Positions 33,521 to 46,458 of a stretch of 64,000 nt of DNA are shown in pieces. The translations under genes were made by a program, and so were the position numbers. Source of the stretch: Pristiophorus japonicus (Eukaryota); assembly GCF_044704955.1 (NCBI RefSeq), contig NW_027250770.1, positions 1-64,000 of the forward strand, given 5' to 3'. Under the pieces are notes generated by a model. The model was not told the origin of the DNA. It saw only the letters and a program-made list of their open reading frames with translations, and ran no database searches. Positions within the stretch are counted from its first letter, which is position 1. The number at the start of each line of letters is the position of its first letter.

Positions 33521-36460
33521 AAGAACATAAGAACATAAGAATTAGGAACAGGATTAGGCCATCTAGCCCCTCGAGCCTGCTCCGCCATTCAACAAGATCA
33601 TGGCTGATCTGGCCGTGGACTCAGCTCCAATTACCTGCCCTCGCCCCGTAACCCTTAATTCCCTTATTGGTTAAAAATCTATCTCTCTTTGACTTGGAAA
33701 CATTCAATGAGCTAGCCTCAACTGCTTCCATGGGCAGAGAATTCCACAGATTCACAATCCTCTTGGAGAAGAAATTCCTTCTCAACTCGGTTTTAAATTA
33801 GCTCCTCCGTATTTTGAGGCTGTGCCCCCGAGTTCTAGTCTCCCCCAACAATGGAAACAACCTCTCTGTCTCGATCTTGTCTGTCCATTTCCTGATTTTA
33901 AATATGTCTATAAGATCACCCCTCATCCTTCTGAACTCCAAGGAGTAAAGACTCAGTCTACTCAATCTATCATCATAAGGTAACCCCCTCATCTCCGGAA
34001 TCAGCCTAGTGAATCGTCTCTGTACCCCTCCAAAGCCAGTATATCCTTCCTTAAGTAAGGTGACCAAAACTGCACGCAGTACTCCAGATGCGGCCTCACC
34101 AATACCCTGTACAGTTGCAGCAGGACCTCCCTGCTTTTGTACTCCATCCCTCTCGCAATGAAGGCCAACATTCCATTTGCCTTCCTGATTACCTGCTGCA
34201 CCTGCAAACTAAACTTTTGGGACGGGGCCCGGCGCCTCCCAACTTGAGCCGCCTCGGGGAAATCCCCTCCGTGCCTTTCAGTTCCGCGCGGAGGGGTTTC
34301 CTGTACGGGCTGCTCCTGCACACTCTCAACTTTGCCATCCTCGCCTGCCGTCCGGACACGACATGGCGTACCATCTTGCCGTCCGAAGGAGGCGGGGGTC
34401 CCCGATGGAGGGCACTCTACGCAGGGGTCCTCCCACTATTCATCGGGGACTTGGCCTGGAGGGTGGTGCACGGAGCAGTGCCATGCAACAAATTTTTAAG
34501 CCGGTTCACGGACTCCCAGGCCGCCTGCAATTTCTGCGGTCTGGAGGAGTCCGTGTTCCATGTTTTTATGGAATGCACAAGGTTGCAGCCCCTGTTCCAT
34601 TATTTGAAGGGGCTGCTCCTGAAATTCTGGCTGCACTTCAGTCCCACTCTCCTGATCTTTGGGCACCCTGTGCGGAGGGGAGCGGGTAGGTCCGAGGGCC
34701 TCCTCGTAGGACTGCTCCTGGGCACGGCCAAGGGAGCCATCAGCCGGTCCAGGCAGCGGGCGGTCGAGGGGGTCGTTCAACCTGACTGCCTGCCTCTCTT
34801 CCGCTCTTACATCCGGTCCAGGGTGTCCTTGGAGATGGAGCACGCGGTGTCCACCGGTACGCTCGCGGCCTTCCGCGAGAGGTGGGCACCGGAGGGACTG
34901 GAGTGCATCATCACGCCCAGCAACCAAATTTTAATTTGATTTTACGTTTTAAAGTTTAATTTGTTTTAATTGTCGGTGCTTTTAGTGTCCCCCTCCCCTT
35001 TTATAGGGGGCACTGGAAAAAGGAAAATTTTATTGTAGCGCACAAAAAAAAAACCCAAAAAAAGGAAAAAAAAAAAAAGAGGGCCTTGTCAATGTCTGGT
35101 GTGTCATCCAGGGCAGGTGGCACCGATTAATGTTTTTGTTTTACAGGTAAACTCCAAAAAGAGTTTCATGCACAAGGACCCCCAGGTCCCTCTGCACCAT
35201 AGCATGTTGTAATTTCTCCCCATTCAAATAATATTCCCTTTTACTGTTTTTTTTCCCAAGGTGGATGACCTCATACTTTCCGACATTGTATTCCATCTGC
35301 GAAACCTTAGCCCATTCGCTTAACCGATCCAAATCTCCTTGAAGCCTCTCTGAGTCCTCTACACAACCCGCTTTCCCACTAAGCTTAGTGTCATCTGCAA
35401 ATTTTGTTGCACTGCACTCTGCCCCCTCTTCTAGGTCATCTACGTATATTGTAAACAGTTGTGGTCCCAGCACTGATCCCTGTGGCACACCACTAACCAC
35501 TGATTTCCAACCGGAAAAGGACCCATTTATCCCGACTCTCTGCTTTCTGTTCGCCAACCAATTCTCTATCCATGCTAATACATTTCCTCTGACTCCACGT
35601 ACCTCTATCTCCTGCAGTAACCTTTTGTGTGGCACCTTATCGAATGCCTTTTGGAAATCCAAATACACCACATCCATCGGTACATCTCTATCCACCATGC
35701 TCATTATATCCTCAAAGAATTCCAGTAAATTAGTTAAACATGATTTCCCTTTCATGAATCCATGCTGCGTCTGCTTGATTGCACTATTCCTATCCAGATG
35801 TCCCGCTATTTCTTCCTTAATGATAGTTTCAAGCATTTTCCCCACTACAGATGTTAAACTAAACGGCCTACAATTACCTGTCTTTTGCCTGCCCCCTTTT
35901 TTAAACAGAGGCGTTACATTAGCTGCTCTCCAATCTGCTGGTACCTCCCCAGAGTCCAGAGAATTTTGGTGGATTATAACAAATGCATCTGCTATATCTT
36001 CCACCATCACTTTTAATACCCTGGGATGCATTTCATCAGGACTAGGGGACTTGTCTAACTTGAGTCCCATTAGTCTGCCCAGCACTACCTCCCTCGTGAT
36101 AGTGATCATCTCAAGGTCCTCCCTTCCCAAATTCCTATGACCAGCAATTTTTGGCATGGTTTTTGTGTCTTCCACTGTGAAGACGGAAGCAAAATAATTG
36201 TTTAAGATCTCAGGCATTTCCACATTTCCCATTATTAAATCCCGCTTTTCATCTTCTAAGGGACCAACATTTACTTTAGTCACTCTTTTCAGTTTTACAT
36301 ATCTGTAAAAGCTTTTACTATCTGTTTTTATGTTTTGCGCAAGTTTCCCTTCATAATATATCTTCCCTTTCTTTATTACTTTTTTAGTCATTCTTTGCTT
36401 TTGCTTAAAATTTTCCCAATTCTCTAGTTTCCCACTAACCTTGGCCACCTTATACGCATT
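33521..36460 (-). mobile_element. CR1 LINE (RT domain to 3' tail), interrupted at ~34216-35155
   Basis: ORF 35141-36448 with QHGFMKGKSCLTNLLEFFE, YLDFQKAFDKVPH, SGVPQGSVLGP, KFADDTK; resumes at ~34215 (SLQVQQVIRKANGMLAFI); (AAGAACAT)n tail at 33521. Confidence 0.95.
34216..35160 (+). mobile_element. Tx1-clade (L1 group) LINE 3' end inserted in CR1
   Basis: ORF to 34939 with DLAWRVVHGA and CNFCGLEESVFHVFMEC (RT-associated zinc finger); 3' UTR hairpin and A-rich tracts. Confidence 0.85.
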
Positions 36461-36469
36461 TATATTGTG

Positions 36470-36600
36470 CGGAGGGTTGCTCAGACCCGGGATGATCAGG
36501 ACCTGATTGTGAGGAGCCCCGGTCAGACCCGGGATGATCAGGACCTTATTGTTGGGAGCGTTGCTCAGACCCGGTGTGACCAGGACACAATTGTGGGAGA
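36470..36600. repeat. 3 x ~42-bp tandem repeat
   Basis: tcagacccgggatgatcaggacc recurs at 36481, 36523 and ~36565. Confidence 0.75.
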
Positions 36601-36689
36601 TATGAGGATGTTCCCGATATTCTTGCTAGAATTGTCGCCTGTGGATCTCCCGGCATCGCTGTAAGTCTGGGTATTTTCCAACCTTCGCG

Positions 36690-37870
36690 TCCTGGGTTTG
36701 TTGCTGGGCGGAATACAACATTTGTAAAGCATTTGTAATAAAATAGATGAGTTGACTGCAAAAATAGATGAAAATGGGTATGATCTGATAGCCATTACAG
36801 AGAAGTGGTTGCAAGGCGACCAGGACTGGGAATTAAATATTCAGGGGTACTTGACAATCCTGAAGGACAGACAGAAAGGAAACGGAGGTGGGGTAGCTCT
36901 ATTGATAAAGGATGGAATCACTGCAATAGTAAGAAACGATACTGGCTCAAACGATCAGGATGTTGAAAGAGTTTGGCTGGAGATAAGGAACAATAAGGGG
37001 AAAAAGTCACAGGTGGGCATAGTCTATAGGCCCCCCAACAGTAGCAACTCTGTTGGTCGGAACATAAAGCAGGAAATAGTGGGGGCTTTTAAAATGGGAA
37101 CAACAATAATCATGTGTGATTTTAACCTCCATATTCTTTGGACAAATGAAATTGATCAGGTTGCCTTGAGGAGGAGTTCACAGAGTGTATATGGGAAGGG
37201 TGCCTTGAGCAGTATAGAACGGAACCAACCAGGGGGCAGGTTATCTTAGATCTGGATCAACAAACAATCTCCTAGTAAAGGATCCCCTTGGAATGAGTGA
37301 TCATCACATGATTGAAATTCTAATTCAGATAGAGGGTGAGAAAGTTGGATCTCAAGCCAGCGTACTAAGATTAAATAAAATAGACTATGAAGATATGAGA
37401 ACAAAATTGGGCAAAGTGGACTGGGAATATAGTTAAATTCTAGGACGATTGATGAACAGTGGTCTATATTTAAGGAGATATTTCACAACTCCAAGAAAAA
37501 TATATTCCAGTGAGGAGGAAAAGGTTTAAGAGAAAGGATAGCGATCCGTGGCTAACGAAAGAAATAAAGGATGGTATCCTGTTAAAAACAGGGGCATACA
37601 AAGTGGCCAAAACTAGTGGGAGGACAGAAGCCTGGGAATCTTTGAAAAGCCAGCAAAGAACGACTGAAAATGATGAAGAAAGGGAAGTTAGACTGTGAAA
37701 GTAAACTAGCACGAAATATAAAACTCAGATAGCAAGAGTTTTCAATATGTATATGAAAAGGAAAAGAATGGCTAAAGTAAATGTTGGTGCCTAAGAGGAC
37801 AAGCCGGTGAATTAGTAATGGGGAATATGGAGATTGCAAAAACACTGAACAAATATTTTGTATCAGTCTG
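36690..37870 (+). mobile_element. CR1 ORF2 N-terminal part (APE endonuclease), decayed
   Basis: YDLIAITEKWL, DRQKGNGGGVALLI, VYRPPNS, IMCDFN, SDHHMI. Confidence 0.9.
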
Positions 37871-37871
37871 T

Positions 37872-39061
37872 ACACCTTTCCTAGGAATGTTTGATTGGAT
37901 ATTGTGCAGGAGATTACCTTTGTATCTAACCCGCTGTACCTGACCTGGGAGTGTTTGATGGGACAGTGTAGAGGGAGCTTTAATCTTTATCTAACCCCGT
38001 GCTGTACCTGCCCTGGGAGTGTTTGATGGGACAGTGCAGAGGGAGCTTTAATCTGTATCTAACCTGTGCTGTACCTGCCCTGGGAGTGTTTGATGGGACA
38101 GTGCAGAGGGAGCTTTAATCTGTATCTAACCCCCTGTACCTGCCCTGGGAGTGTTTGATGGAACGGTGTAGAAGGAACTTTACTCTGTATCTAATCCCGT
38201 GCTTTTCCTGGCCTGGGCGTGTTTGATGTGCCAGTGTAGAGAGAAATTTACTCTGTGTCCAACCCCCTGTACCTGCCCTGGGAGTGTTTGATGGGACAGT
38301 GTAGAGGGAGCTTTACTCTGTATCTAACCCCCTGTACCTGCCCTGGGAGTGTTTGATGGGACAGTGTAGAGGGAGCTTTACTCTGTATCTAACCCCCTGT
38401 ACCTGCCCTGGGTGTGTTTGATGGGACGGTGCAGAGAGAAATTTACTGTGTATCTAACCCCCTGTACCTGCCTGGCTGTGTTTGATGGGACGGTGCAGAG
38501 AGAAATTTACTGTGTATCTAACCCCCTGTACCTGCCCTGGCTGTGTTTGATGGGACGGTGTAGAGAGAAATTTACTGTGTATCTAACCCCCTGTACCTGT
38601 CCTGGGTGTGTTTGATGGGACGGTGCAGAGAGAAATTTACTGTGTATATAACCCCCTGTACCTGCCCTGGGTGTGTTTGATCGGACAGTGTAGAGGGAGC
38701 TTTACTCTGTATCTAACCCCCTGTACCTGCCCTGGGAGTGTTTGATGGGACAGTGTAGAGGGAGCTTTACTCTGTATCTAACCCCCTGTACCTGCCCTGG
38801 GAGTGTTTGATGGGATAGTGCAGAGGGAGCTTTACTCTGTATCTAACCCCCTGTACCTGCCCTGGGAGTGTTTGATGGGATAGTGCAGAGGGAGCTTTAC
38901 TCTGTATCTAACCCCCTGTACCTGCCCTGGGAGTGTTTGATGGGACAGTGTAGAGGGAGCTTTACTCTGTATCTAACCCCGTGCTGTACCTGCCCTGGGA
39001 GTGTTTGATGGGACGGTGTGGAGAGAAATTTACTGTGTATCTAACCCCGTCATGTACCTGC
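37872..39061 (+). repeat. 65-bp tandem repeat array
   Basis: Same unit as the 6.4-kb and 21-kb arrays, ~17 copies. Confidence 0.95.
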
Positions 39062-40147
39062 CGGTGGAACAATTTAAACTGAACGTGTTGTCATTCTCCA
39101 CGCCTCAGATTGCTGAGCATTTAACACAGATGCAGCATTTTTGTTGGTCAGTCGTATTATTACAAAACTCATTCTGTTCACCCTGGTAGTTTCTGTCTCT
39201 GGCTGGGTTTCGGGTTCCTCAGGCAATTCCTTCACTCCTCTGCGCTGAGTGTTGGGATTGAAACATCGGTGGCATCATATTCTGTCTCCATCGTGATTTG
39301 CACCATTCATAACTTTGACTGTCTGCCCTCCTGCCCGAGCTTCTCTTCTGCTGCAACCTTCATCTGTGATTTAGTTACATTTATCCCTGATATACTTAGA
39401 GGAAATAGATACAAATAATGTAATAGGAATCAGAGCAATGATTTATAATGCGTGGATTGAATCTCGGCGCGGGATGTGATCAGAGCGGGGCTCATGCTCC
39501 GCTCAGCAAATGATATATCACGTCCAGCACACAAAGCAGACATTCGGACCGACTGCTCCATGCTGGCGTTTATGCAGCACACACACCACCACCCTTCCCC
39601 CACACAATCCCCACAACTCTGCATCTTACCCTATTAGCAGAAGCTTCTAATGTTTTCTGCCTGATTTGTTTATCTCGCTTCCCATCAAATGGTTCTGTAC
39701 TAATCGCATCAACCACTGCCTCTGGTGGTGGGTTCCCCATTCTCACCTCTCTGGGCACAGAGGCTTCTCCTGAAATCCTCATTGGATTTATTGGTGGCGA
39801 ATTTATCATCATGGCCCTATTTTTGGTCTCATAATTATTTCATGATTTCAGTTTTTTTAAACTCTTTTTTAAACTGTGCTTGCTTTTCCGCTATTGCATT
39901 TATCAGAGCACAAGTAACGATTAGAAGCAGGCTCAAAAAGAGCACAGCCTCGATTCCACACACGAGACAAAGAGTCAATGGCTTCTGTTAACACAGGACC
40001 ACAGAATCATACAGCACAGAAGAGACCATTCGATTCATCATGCTGCTCCAGGCTCTGTGATCGAGCTATTCAATCAGCCCCACAGGCCTATTATGTTCCC
40101 AGATCCCTTCAAATGCCGGAATTCCAGTATTGATTCCAATTACAGTT

Positions 40148-41085
40148 GAACATAAGAACATAAGAATTAGGAACAGGAGTACGCCATCTAGCCCCTCGAG
40201 CCTGCTCCACCAATCAACAAGATCATGGCTGATCTGACTGTGGACTCAGCTCCACTTACCCGTCCTCTCCCCATAACCCTTAATTCCTTGAATGGTTAAA
40301 AATCTATCTATCTGTGATTTGATTTCATTCAATAAGCTAGCCTCAACTGCTTCCTTGGGCAGAGAATTCCACAGATTCACAAACCTCTGGGAGAAGAAAT
40401 TCCTTCTCAACTCCGTTTAAATTGCACCCCCCGTATTTTGAGGCTGTGCCCCCTAGTTCTAGTCTCCCCGACCAGTGGAAACAACATCTCTGCCTCTATC
40501 TTGTCTATCCTTTTCATTATTTTACATTTTTCCATAAGATCACCCCTCATCCTTCCGAACTCCAACGAGTAAAGACATCGTCTACTCAATCTATCATCAT
40601 AAGGTAACCCCCTCATCTCCGGGATCAGCCTAGTGAATCGTCTCTTCCCTTCCAAAGCTAGTATATCCTACCTTAAGTAAGGTGACCAGAATTGTACGCA
40701 GTACTCCTGGTGCGGCCTCGCTAATACCCTGTACAGTTGCAGCAGGACCTCCCTGCTTTTGTATTCCATCCCTCTCGCAATGAAGGCCAACATCCCATTC
40801 ACCTTCCTGATTACCTGCTGCACCTGCAAACTAACTTTTTGAGAATCATGCACAAGGACCCCCAGGTCCCTCTGTACTGCAGCATGTAATAATTTCTTCC
40901 CATTCAAATAATATTCCCTTTTACTGTTTTTTTTTCCAAGGTGGATGACCCCACATTTTCCGACATTGTATTCCATTTGCCAAACCTTAGCCCATTCGCT
41001 GAACTTATCGAAATCTCTTTGTAGCCTCTCTGTGTCCTCTCCACAAACCGATTTCCCACTAATCTTTATATCATCTGAAAATTTT
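40148..41085 (-). mobile_element. CR1 3' fragment
   Basis: MEYNVGKCGVIHLG...EYCVQFWSP; (AAGAACAT)n tail. Confidence 0.92.
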
Positions 41086-41369
41086 AAAAGTTATTGTTAA
41101 ATCTGCTTCCATCCCATTTTCAGCGAGAACAATCCAGGTCATGCAAACTCGCAGTGTAAGACAAATTCTCCTCATCTACCCTCTGCTAATTTTCGTAAAA
41201 CTCTTCCCTCTGGTTAGCAACTCTTTTACCACTGGCAGAGTTTCTCTTCAGTTACTTTATCCAAAGCCCTCATAGTCTTGAAAACCTCTATTAAATCTCA
41301 CGTTAATATTCTCTGATCGAACGGGAAAAATCACAGTTGCTTATGTCTCCTTATAAGTCTCTCTGCGGG

Positions 41370-42085
41370 TACCAGTGCACCAGCGCAGCCTTCGGTCACC
41401 TGAGGAAGAGAGTGTTGGAAGATCACCCCATAAAATCTGGCACCAAGCACATGGTCTGCGGGAATGTAGACATAGCCAGCCTACTTTACGGATCACAAAC
41501 GTGGATAGTATGAAGTAGTTACCACAAATTACTGGATAAATACCTATGGCTCCTCAAGATCCTGCAGATCCCTTGGGATGTCAGACGTTAGCGCCCTTGA
41601 TCAGGCCAGCATCCCCACAGCGAAGCACTGAGCACAATTGATCAGCTCTGCTGGGCGGGCCACATTGTCCGCCTGCCTGAAACGAGACTCGCAAAGCAAG
41701 CGCTCTACTTGGAACTCCTACAAGACAAACAGGCGCCACGTGGGCACAGCAAACGTTGCAAGGATACCCTCAAAGCCTCCTTGAAAAAGAGCAACATTCC
41801 CACTCACAGCTGGGAGTCCCTGGCCAAAGACTGCACTAATGGAGGAAGAGCATCCGGGAGGTCGCTGAGCACCTCGAGTCTCATCGCCAAGAGCATGCAG
41901 CAAACCAGCGCAGAGAGCGGAAGGAGTGTGCGGCAAACCAGTCCCACCCATCCTTTCCCTCTACCATTATCTACCAGACCTGCTACAGAGACCGTAATTC
42001 CCATATATGTTCAATCACCTAAGAACTCACTTTTAGAGTTGAAGCAAGCAATCCCCGATTTCGAGGTACTGCCTATGATGGTGAT
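41370..42085 (+). mobile_element. RTE/BovB-type LINE 3' fragment
   Basis: LLYGSQTW, KRCKDTLKASLKK..IPTHSWESLAKD; gcctatgatg tail. Confidence 0.85.
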
Positions 42086-42559
42086 TAAAATCCCTTCCAC
42101 ACCTTCTCCAAGGCTTTCCTAATGTGTGCTGCCGAATCGTCATGCAGAGATAAACCGATGTTTAACAGATTTTTATTGTACCTTCATTATGTGTGAATGG
42201 GTGGTGTGGGCAGCATTTATTGTCCATCCCAAATTCCACCTTAACGCTGCTGGTGAATGCATCGATACATCGAGAGGGCTATTTAGAGTTAACCATATTG
42301 CTGTGGGACTGGGGTGATATATATGCCAGTCTACGTAAGGGCGGGTGATTTCCATCCCGAAAACACGTTTTTGAACTACATGTGTAATGACAATCGAGAT
42401 CCACACGGTCACCATTGCTGACACAATATTTTAATTCGAGATTTATTTAATTCACCTTAAATTGCAAAGCTGGTGGGATCTGAACTCATGCCATTGGATC
42501 TTTAGTCCAGGTCTCTGGATCATTAGTACAGTAGCACAATCACTTTGCTACCATACGCG

Positions 42560-43415
42560 ATGATTCATAAAGTCAAAGATTCTTCCTGCGTTTTTAACAG
42601 TTTTATTAACTTGCCCTGGCACCTTCAAAGATTTGTGCACATCGACTCTGCACCAACACACCATTTAAAACATTTATTTTTTAACTTATATTGCCTCTTG
42701 TCATGTTCCTTCCCAAAATGTATCACTTCACACATGTTTAATTTTACCTGCCATGTGTCTCCCATTTAACCAGACTATCGCTGTGCTCCTGAAGTCTGCT
42801 ATGCTCCCCACTGCTTACTGCATTTCTGAGTTTCGTGACATCTGCAAATTTGAAATTATGCCTTTAGACTTAGGTCCTGGCTATTAATCTCTATCAGAAA
42901 GAGCACTGCTACTAATATAGAACTCTAGGTTTCAACACTGTATACTTCCCTTCTGTCTGAACGCCAACTTTTCACCACTACTCTCTGTTATTTGTTCCGG
43001 TGCCAATGTTGTATCCACACAGCTACTGTCCCTTTAATTCCATGAGGTTCAGTTTCCCTATCAAGTCGATGAAGTGACATTTTATCAAACGCCTTTGGAA
43101 AGTCGTTATTCACAACATCAGCTGCACTCCGCTCATCAAACCGTTAGGTTATTACATCAAAAAACTGAATCAGGTTTTTCAGATACACTTCAACATTAAC
43201 ACAATTTGTGCCGGTTGTCATTTATTAATCCAGTTTTTTCCAACTGACAGATAATTTCATACCGGATTATGGCCTCTAGAAGTTTCCCCACCACAGACGT
43301 TAGTCTGACTGGCCTGTAGCTACAGGTGTTATCCCGCTTTCCTTTTTTGAACAGGGTGCACCATTTGCGAACCTCCAGTCCTCTGTCACCACTGACATAT
43401 CCAAGGAGGATTAAT
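42560..43415 (-). mobile_element. Highly degenerate CR1 RT fragment
   Basis: Reverse-strand remnants of the FQKAFDK and FADD regions. Confidence 0.55.
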
Positions 43416-43569
43416 GATTCTGGCCTGAGCTATTTCCATCATTCCTTCACTCAGCAACACTCATACATCCCATTCGGACTAGTAATAGGGAAACATAGAA
43501 ACATAGAAATTTACAGCACAGGAGGCCATTTCCGGCCCATCGTGTCCGCAACGGCCGACAAAGACTGAC

Positions 43570-44272
43570 ATAGAAACATAGAAGATACGTGCAGGAGTAG
43601 GCCATTCGGCCCTTCTAGCCTGCACCACCATTCAATGAGTTCATGGCTGAACATGCAACTTCAGTACCCCATTCCTGCTTTCTCACCATACCCCTTGATT
43701 CCCCTCGTAGTAAGGATTCATCTAACTCCTTTTTGAATATATTTAGTGAATTGGCCTCAACAACTTTCTGTGGTACAACATTCCACAGGTTCACCACCCT
43801 CTGGGTGAAGAATTTCCTCCTCATCTCGGTCCTAAATGGCTTAACCCTTATCCTTAGACTGTGTCCCCTGGTTCTGGACTTCCCCAACATTGGGAACATT
43901 CTTCCTGCATCTAACCTGTCTAACCCCGTCAGAATTTTAAACATTTCTCTGAGGTCCCCTCTCATTCTTCTGAACTCCAGTGAATACAAGCCCAGTTGAT
44001 CCAGTCTTTCTTGATAGGTCAGTCCTGCCATCCAGGCAATCAGTCTGGTGAACCTTCGTTGCACGCCCTCAATAGCAAGAATGTCCTTCCTCAGGTTAGG
44101 AGACCAAAACTGTACACAGTACTCCAGGTGTGGCCTCACCAAGGCCCTGTATAACTGCAGAAACACCTCCCTGCCCCTGTACTCAAATCCCCTCGCTATG
44201 AAGGCCAACATGCCATTTGCTTTCTTAACCGCCTGCTGTACCTGCATGCCAACCTTCAATGACTGATGTCCC
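43570..44272 (-). mobile_element. CR1 3' fragment
   Basis: ORF 43615-44274, CR1 ORF2 C-terminus; (CATAGAAA)n tail. Confidence 0.93.
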
Positions 44273-44846
44273 ATCGGTCAGCAGCCCTGAAGCTTACATG
44301 TAATCTTTTGAACCATTAACAATGGAGGAAAAGTAAAGATCACCAAGCACAAGCAGACTGCCCCACACAACTGTGACACACCTTAAACTGAAATATTCTA
44401 CACTCCAAACCAACCGGAGCCATGTGATCTCCCGGCAGAGGCAAAAACTATTTAAAATCCAGGACAATTTCGGGAAAAGTATCTGGCAACATTCCGGCCC
44501 GACTTATCTAGGTGATCAAAACTACTCCAGGAGATCTACCTTATTGTGGTACATAAAGTGTTGGATTGAAGGGGTTAATTAAAAATGTTTGTTCAGGGAC
44601 TGTAATTAATATCAGTCTCCACGGGTTTACAGAAGCTGGTTGTTCAGTGACTGTAATTAATATAATTCTCTATTTACAGAATTGTGTCACTGGAGTGATT
44701 CTCGCTCATATTAATAAGGCACTCCTTTCAATGTGTTGCCCCATAGTCACAGTGAGAGCATCACCTCTGGCACTAACAGCGATCATCGCACTGCTCCACA
44801 GAGAGCGAGTCGGAATCTGAGAACAGTCGATTCGAATGTTACAACA

Positions 44847-45027
44847 ATGGATCAGAATCTGAAAAAAATGGATTGGAATGTTACAACAAATGGCAAGAGT
44901 TTCATCTTGTATTTTAACTTTCTTGTTGCACATTATGAGGAACTACCATTCGTATTGCGAATGCGTTATGTATTTCGTCTTATTCAATACATTTACTATC
45001 CTGTCCTTGCTGTTGTTGGTTTTACTG
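44847..45027 (+). CDS. GPR139-like class A GPCR, exon 1 (N-terminus and most of TM1)
   Basis: MDQNLKKMDWNVTTNG...IQYIYYPVLAVVGFT, 181 nt, phase-1 donor G|GTAAGT compatible with exon 2. Confidence 0.8.
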
Positions 45028-46458
45028 GTAAGTCTATCTCGTTATTCCAGTAACCATGGTTCAATGTATTACTTATCTCATATTTTACTCCCACCTCCTT
45101 GCTGCATTTGTTTTTCCTGGTAGTCTCTGTATCCAACTATTAACTCTGCAAACCATGTTTCACTGTATTATTAGACTTGTAAATTGCTTTCTCATCTTTG
45201 CTTCAGTTGTTGTTCCTGGGACATCTCTGCATCCAGCTATTAACTGTGCATACGTTGTTAATTGTACGAGTGTTCTTTTAATTTATTCCACACTCTTTGG
45301 TGTTGTTGGTGTTCCTCGTAAGTCTCAATATCCAGCAATTATAACTCTAATCTATATTTCACTGTATTACTGAGTATGTCACTTAAATCTTTGGATGTTT
45401 TCGTCACATTGTATATCTAGTGACTTAGTCCCCTCTGTGGCCAATGTCTGAGGCTGATCGAGATTGCTCGCAAATTCGGCATTCTGTTTTACCCTGTGTT
45501 CAGTGCTGACCTCTTCTCCTTTGAATCACTGGTCCTGCCCACTATCATCTCCATAATACTGCCCAACTCATTCCTTCGCCTCAATAGCCCAGTGACTTTG
45601 TTGAACAGGAATTGACCATTGCAATGCTTTCCTTGCCCACCTCGCAGTTACTGTCCATTATAAATTAGAGCTCAGTTAAATAATTTGCTGATCATATCCT
45701 AACTCCACTAAGTCCTGTTCACCCATTAACAATCTGCTCTTCGACCAAAATTGGATCCCGATTAAATAATGCCTCATTTTTATTATTCTCATCCATGTGT
45801 TCAGCTCCCACCATGGTTTCACCCCCTCCAATTAGTCCCATTCCCCTGCTCTATTCCCATAGTCCAGCAATTTTTTCCCCTTCAAGTATTTATCCAATTG
45901 CCCAATAAATGTTAATTTACTTCCCTCTATTCGTCCTCCAGCCATACTCTCTCTATTCTCTTTTACTCATTCATTCTGGCACTTTGTAAGTTTCTCACTT
46001 CCTCTCTGTCTCTCTGTCAGTTTCATTCTGTCTCTCTACATTTCACTCTCTCTGTCTCTTGCTCATAGAATGTTAGATTAATACAGCAAAGAAAGAGGCC
46101 ACTCGGTCCATCGTGTCCATGCCATCACTTGGACAGAAGTATCTCAGATGTCCAAATCATTAGCCAGAAAAATGTAAATATATCTCCTTCCATGAATAAA
46201 GCAATTCCCTTTCGAAAATAACGATTGAATCTACTTCCACCGTGTTCTCACAAATTGCATTCCTGATCGCAACAGCTCACTGCATAAATAACACTCTTCC
46301 CATCTCTCCTGTGGTTCTTTTGTCAATTACCTTAAACCTGTCTCCTCTGGTTCTGCACCATTGTGCAACTGGAAACATTTGTGACTTACTCGCTCTCTTA
46401 AAACCCATCATAATTTTGAAAATCTAAATTAAATGTTAAATCTTTGCTGATGATACAA

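Noticed and set aside
35388-36140. 250-aa + strand ORF
   Set aside because: Antisense shadow of the CR1 RT ORF
35156-37870. Divergent CR1 pieces as one twin-primed 5'-inverted insertion
   Set aside because: The two pieces overlap in ORF2 coordinates (both contain AYKVAK...KVNVG) and are diverged, so they are independent insertions
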